This document shows positions 27,101-28,514 of a stretch of DNA of 28,514 nt, piece after piece. Source of the DNA: a virus (lineage: Duplodnaviria > Heunggongvirae > Uroviricota > Caudoviricetes); the IMG/VR virus record IMGVR_UViG_2534682329_000006; one strand, 5' to 3'. Under the pieces are notes generated by a model. It had not been told where the DNA came from and ran no database searches. It saw only the letters and a list, made by a program, of their open reading frames with translations. The translations under genes and the position numbers were made by a program. Every line of letters starts with the position of its first letter. The stretch's first letter is position 1.

Positions 27101-28514
27101 GTTGCTCTACATGCTTAGCCTCTCCACCGTCCTGAACCTCCAGAATGCCGCCATTGTTAAGTCTGGTGGTATCTGTTTTGGCCTCCTTCTGGACGATCAG
27201 TTTACCGCCAGCATCAACGGTGGTATTTTTCACCGAGGTTTTAGCCACTACCGTCAGTTCGCCGGTATTTTCCAGCACAACATAATTAGCCTCCCCTCCG
27301 GTAATAGTGAAGTGAGAGAGCTTGTTGTATCCTTCGATATCAGTCCCTGCGCCCGTGTTGGCAACTAAAGCACTGCCCGTCTCCTGGTTAACCCCATGTG
27401 CAATACCGCCGGTATAGACAATCAGCGAGCCTCCGGCGCTAATATTGCTGCCAATTGCCGTACCATCTTTCTCAACAACCTGCCGGCTCCCGGAGGATAT
27501 AATTGTTGTGTCAGCTTTCCCGCCGCTTTTGATATTTTGCGTTACGCTGTTGATATTGGTGCCTGTGGCTATGCCATAATTATTAATATTCTGTGTGCCA
27601 CCATTAATTATGATATTTGTCGCGTTTCCTGCAACATCCATAACCCCGCCATTATCTATTCGGGTCGCATCAGCTTTACCATTGGTTAAAACTGACATTG
27701 TTCCTTTATCTTTAATAATCGTCTTGTTTGCGGAATGAGATACTTCTAAATGGCCTCCATTTTTCAGCAACACATTGTCTGCCACTTTATTGTGGATGGA
27801 GAATGCACCTTCACTATTCGTACCGCTCACCGTCGTACCGTTAGTGTTAGTTTTTAAAATTGCACCATCGTGCTGGGTAACATTTGTTGCCGTACCACCA
27901 CTAACATCAAGCACGCCACCAGAATAAACTTCAATAACATCCGAGGTGCTGGTGTTATCAACAATTTGCGTGCCACCAGAATAGATATGCGTATTTTTTG
28001 CCGTTGACTTACTATTCAGAGACTGAGTTCCGCCTTCAATCGTCGTGTCCAGCGCACGGCTCTCATATACTCTTTGCTCACCGCCATTTTTAATGGTGGT
28101 TGTTTCTACTGTGCTCTGTTCAACATACTGTCGACCACCATTTATGGTTGTGTTCGTTGCCAGACTTCCTTGCGTGATGTCCTGAGAGCCAGACTTATTT
28201 ATCGTTGTACTGTCGACATGCCCCTGAGTTGTTACTCGTTGGCTGCCACCATCAATGATTGTTCCATTCGCAGTCCCCCCCTCTATGCGTGAAGTACCAC
28301 CCTTAATTGTCGTGTCATTGCTGGTACCACCTTTATGAACATATTGATTGCCACTTTCGATTATCGTGCCAGTAGAAATTCCTCCGTACTCAATTGACTG
28401 TCTGCCTCCATTAATGGTTGTATTATTAGCTTGCCCGTTAATATCGGCATGGATTGATACTAGTTGCTCGCCACCAGTTTCAATAATACTACTATTAGAT
28501 ATCCCACCATAGAC
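24156..28514 (-). CDS. Autotransporter adhesin (AIDA-I/YpjA-like), partial; N-terminus lies right of the window
   Basis: C-terminal beta-barrel translocator ending …VAGVNWSF; proline-rich PDPKPDPKP linker; long beta-helical passenger with repeated NGG/T/S-rich units. The frame stays open upstream of the track start (27914) with no start codon, so the gene continues beyond the window. An ssrA-proximal island followed by such a gene resembles the E. coli K-12 ypjA locus. Confidence 0.8.
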   Translation of the reverse strand, partial: VYGGISNSSIIETGGEQLVSIHADINGQANNTTINGGRQSIEYGGISTGTIIESGNQYVHKGGTSNDTTIKGGTSRIEGGTANGTIIDGGSQRVTTQGHVDSTTINKSGSQDITQGSLATNTTINGGRQYVEQSTVETTTIKNGGEQRVYESRALDTTIEGGTQSLNSKSTAKNTHIYSGGTQIVDNTSTSDVIEVYSGGVLDVSGGTATNVTQHDGAILKTNTNGTTVSGTNSEGAFSIHNKVADNVLLKNGGHLEVSHSANKTIIKDKGTMSVLTNGKADATRIDNGGVMDVAGNATNIIINGGTQNINNYGIATGTNINSVTQNIKSGGKADTTIISSGSRQVVEKDGTAIGSNISAGGSLIVYTGGIAHGVNQETGSALVANTGAGTDIEGYNKLSHFTITGGEANYVVLENTGELTVVAKTSVKNTTVDAGGKLIVQKEAKTDTTRLNNGGILEVQDGGEAKHVEQQSGGALIASTTSGTLIEGTNSYGDAFYIRNSEAKNVVLENAGSLTVVTGSRAVDTIINANGKMDVYGKDVGTVLNSSGTQTIYASATSDKANIKGGKQTVYGLATEANIESGEQIVDGGSTDKTHINGGTQTVQNYGKAINTDIVSGLQQIMANGTAEDSIINGGSQVVNEGGLAENSVLNDGGTLDVREKGSATGIQQSSQGALVATTRATRVTGTRADGVAFSIEQGAANNILLANGGVLTVESDTSSDKTQVNMGGREIVKTKATATGTTLTGGEQIVEGVANETTINDGGIQTVSANGEAIKTKINEGGTLTVNDNGKATDIVQNSGAALQTSTANGIEISGTHQYGTFSISGNLATNMLLENGGNLLVLAGTEARDSTVGKGGAMQNLGQDSATKVNSGGQYTLGRSKDEFQALARAEDLQVAGGTAIVYAGTLADASVSGATGSLSLMTPRDNVTPVKLEGAVRITDSATLTLGNGVDTTLADLTAASRGSVWLNSNNSCAGTSNCEYRVNSLLLNDGDVYLSAQTAAPATTNGIYNTLTTNELSGSGNFYLHTNVAGSRGDQLVVNNNATGNFKIFVQDTGVSPQSDDAMTLVKTGGGDASFTLGNTGGFVDLGTYEYVLKSDGNSNWNLTNDVKPNPDPIPNPKPDPKPDPKPDPNPKPDPTPDPTPTPVPEKRITPSTAAVLNMAATLPLVFDAELNSIRERLNIMKASPHNNNVWGATYNTRNNVTTDAGAGFEQTLTGMTVGIDSRNDIPEGITTLGAFMGYSHSHIGFDRGGHGSVGSYSLGGYASWEHESGFYLDGVVKLNRFKSNVAGKMSSGGAANGSYHSNGLGGHIETGMRFTDGNWNLTPYASLTGFTADNPEYHLSNGMKSKSVDTRSIYRELGATLSYNMRLGNGMEVEPAVRKEFVDDNRVKVNSDGNFVNYLSGRRGIYQAGIKASFSSTLSGHLGVGYSHSAGVESPWNAVAGVNWSF
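25078..25178. repeat. Short in-frame tandem repeat encoding the PDPKPDPKPDPNPKPDPTPDP linker
   Basis: Repeating GGnTTTGGnTCTGG-type units on the plus strand (antisense of the Pro-Asp-Pro-Lys codons). Confidence 0.6.

Noticed and set aside
1-28514. CRISPR arrays, insertion sequences or transposase genes
   Set aside because: No regularly spaced direct repeats with unique spacers and no transposase-like ORF or terminal inverted repeats were seen; the only mobility gene is the phage integrase.

Overview
Almost the whole window is one P2/186-family temperate phage genome integrated as a prophage in an enterobacterial (E. coli-like) chromosome, read here in the reverse of the standard P2 map. From left to right: tail fibre H (5' part, gene runs off the window), baseplate/tail genes I-J-W-V-S-R, a lysis cassette (spanins LysC/LysB, LysA, a SAR-type endolysin, holin), X, L, terminase M, capsid N, scaffold O (all minus strand), then terminase P and portal Q (plus strand), a candidate cos site, an AT-rich accessory locus, the early operon on the minus strand (cII, small ORFs, zinc-finger protein, Dam methylase, replication initiator A), apl, the immunity switch, 186-type CI and integrase (plus strand), one more AT-rich cargo gene, and an att-like copy of the 3' end of ssrA (tmRNA). 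Right of that lies a chromosomal autotransporter adhesin gene whose 5' end is outside the window. Gene assignments rest on my reading of the translated ORFs against remembered P2/186 protein sequences and motifs; nothing was searched against a database. The most interesting region is the accessory locus between cos and gene A (about 13.0-15.7 kb): a three-gene minus-strand operon encoding a DEDDh 3'-5' exonuclease, a short HipA-family kinase and a HIRAN-domain protein, preceded by a small ORF with a perfect LexA (SOS) box in its promoter. This sits where P2 carries tin/old and is a candidate anti-phage or abortive-infection module. A second uncharacterised cargo gene (membrane protein) lies between int and att. 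Hand-derived coordinates for short motifs may be off by 1-2 nt; in one place (near 20250) my count disagreed with the ORF track by 1 nt.
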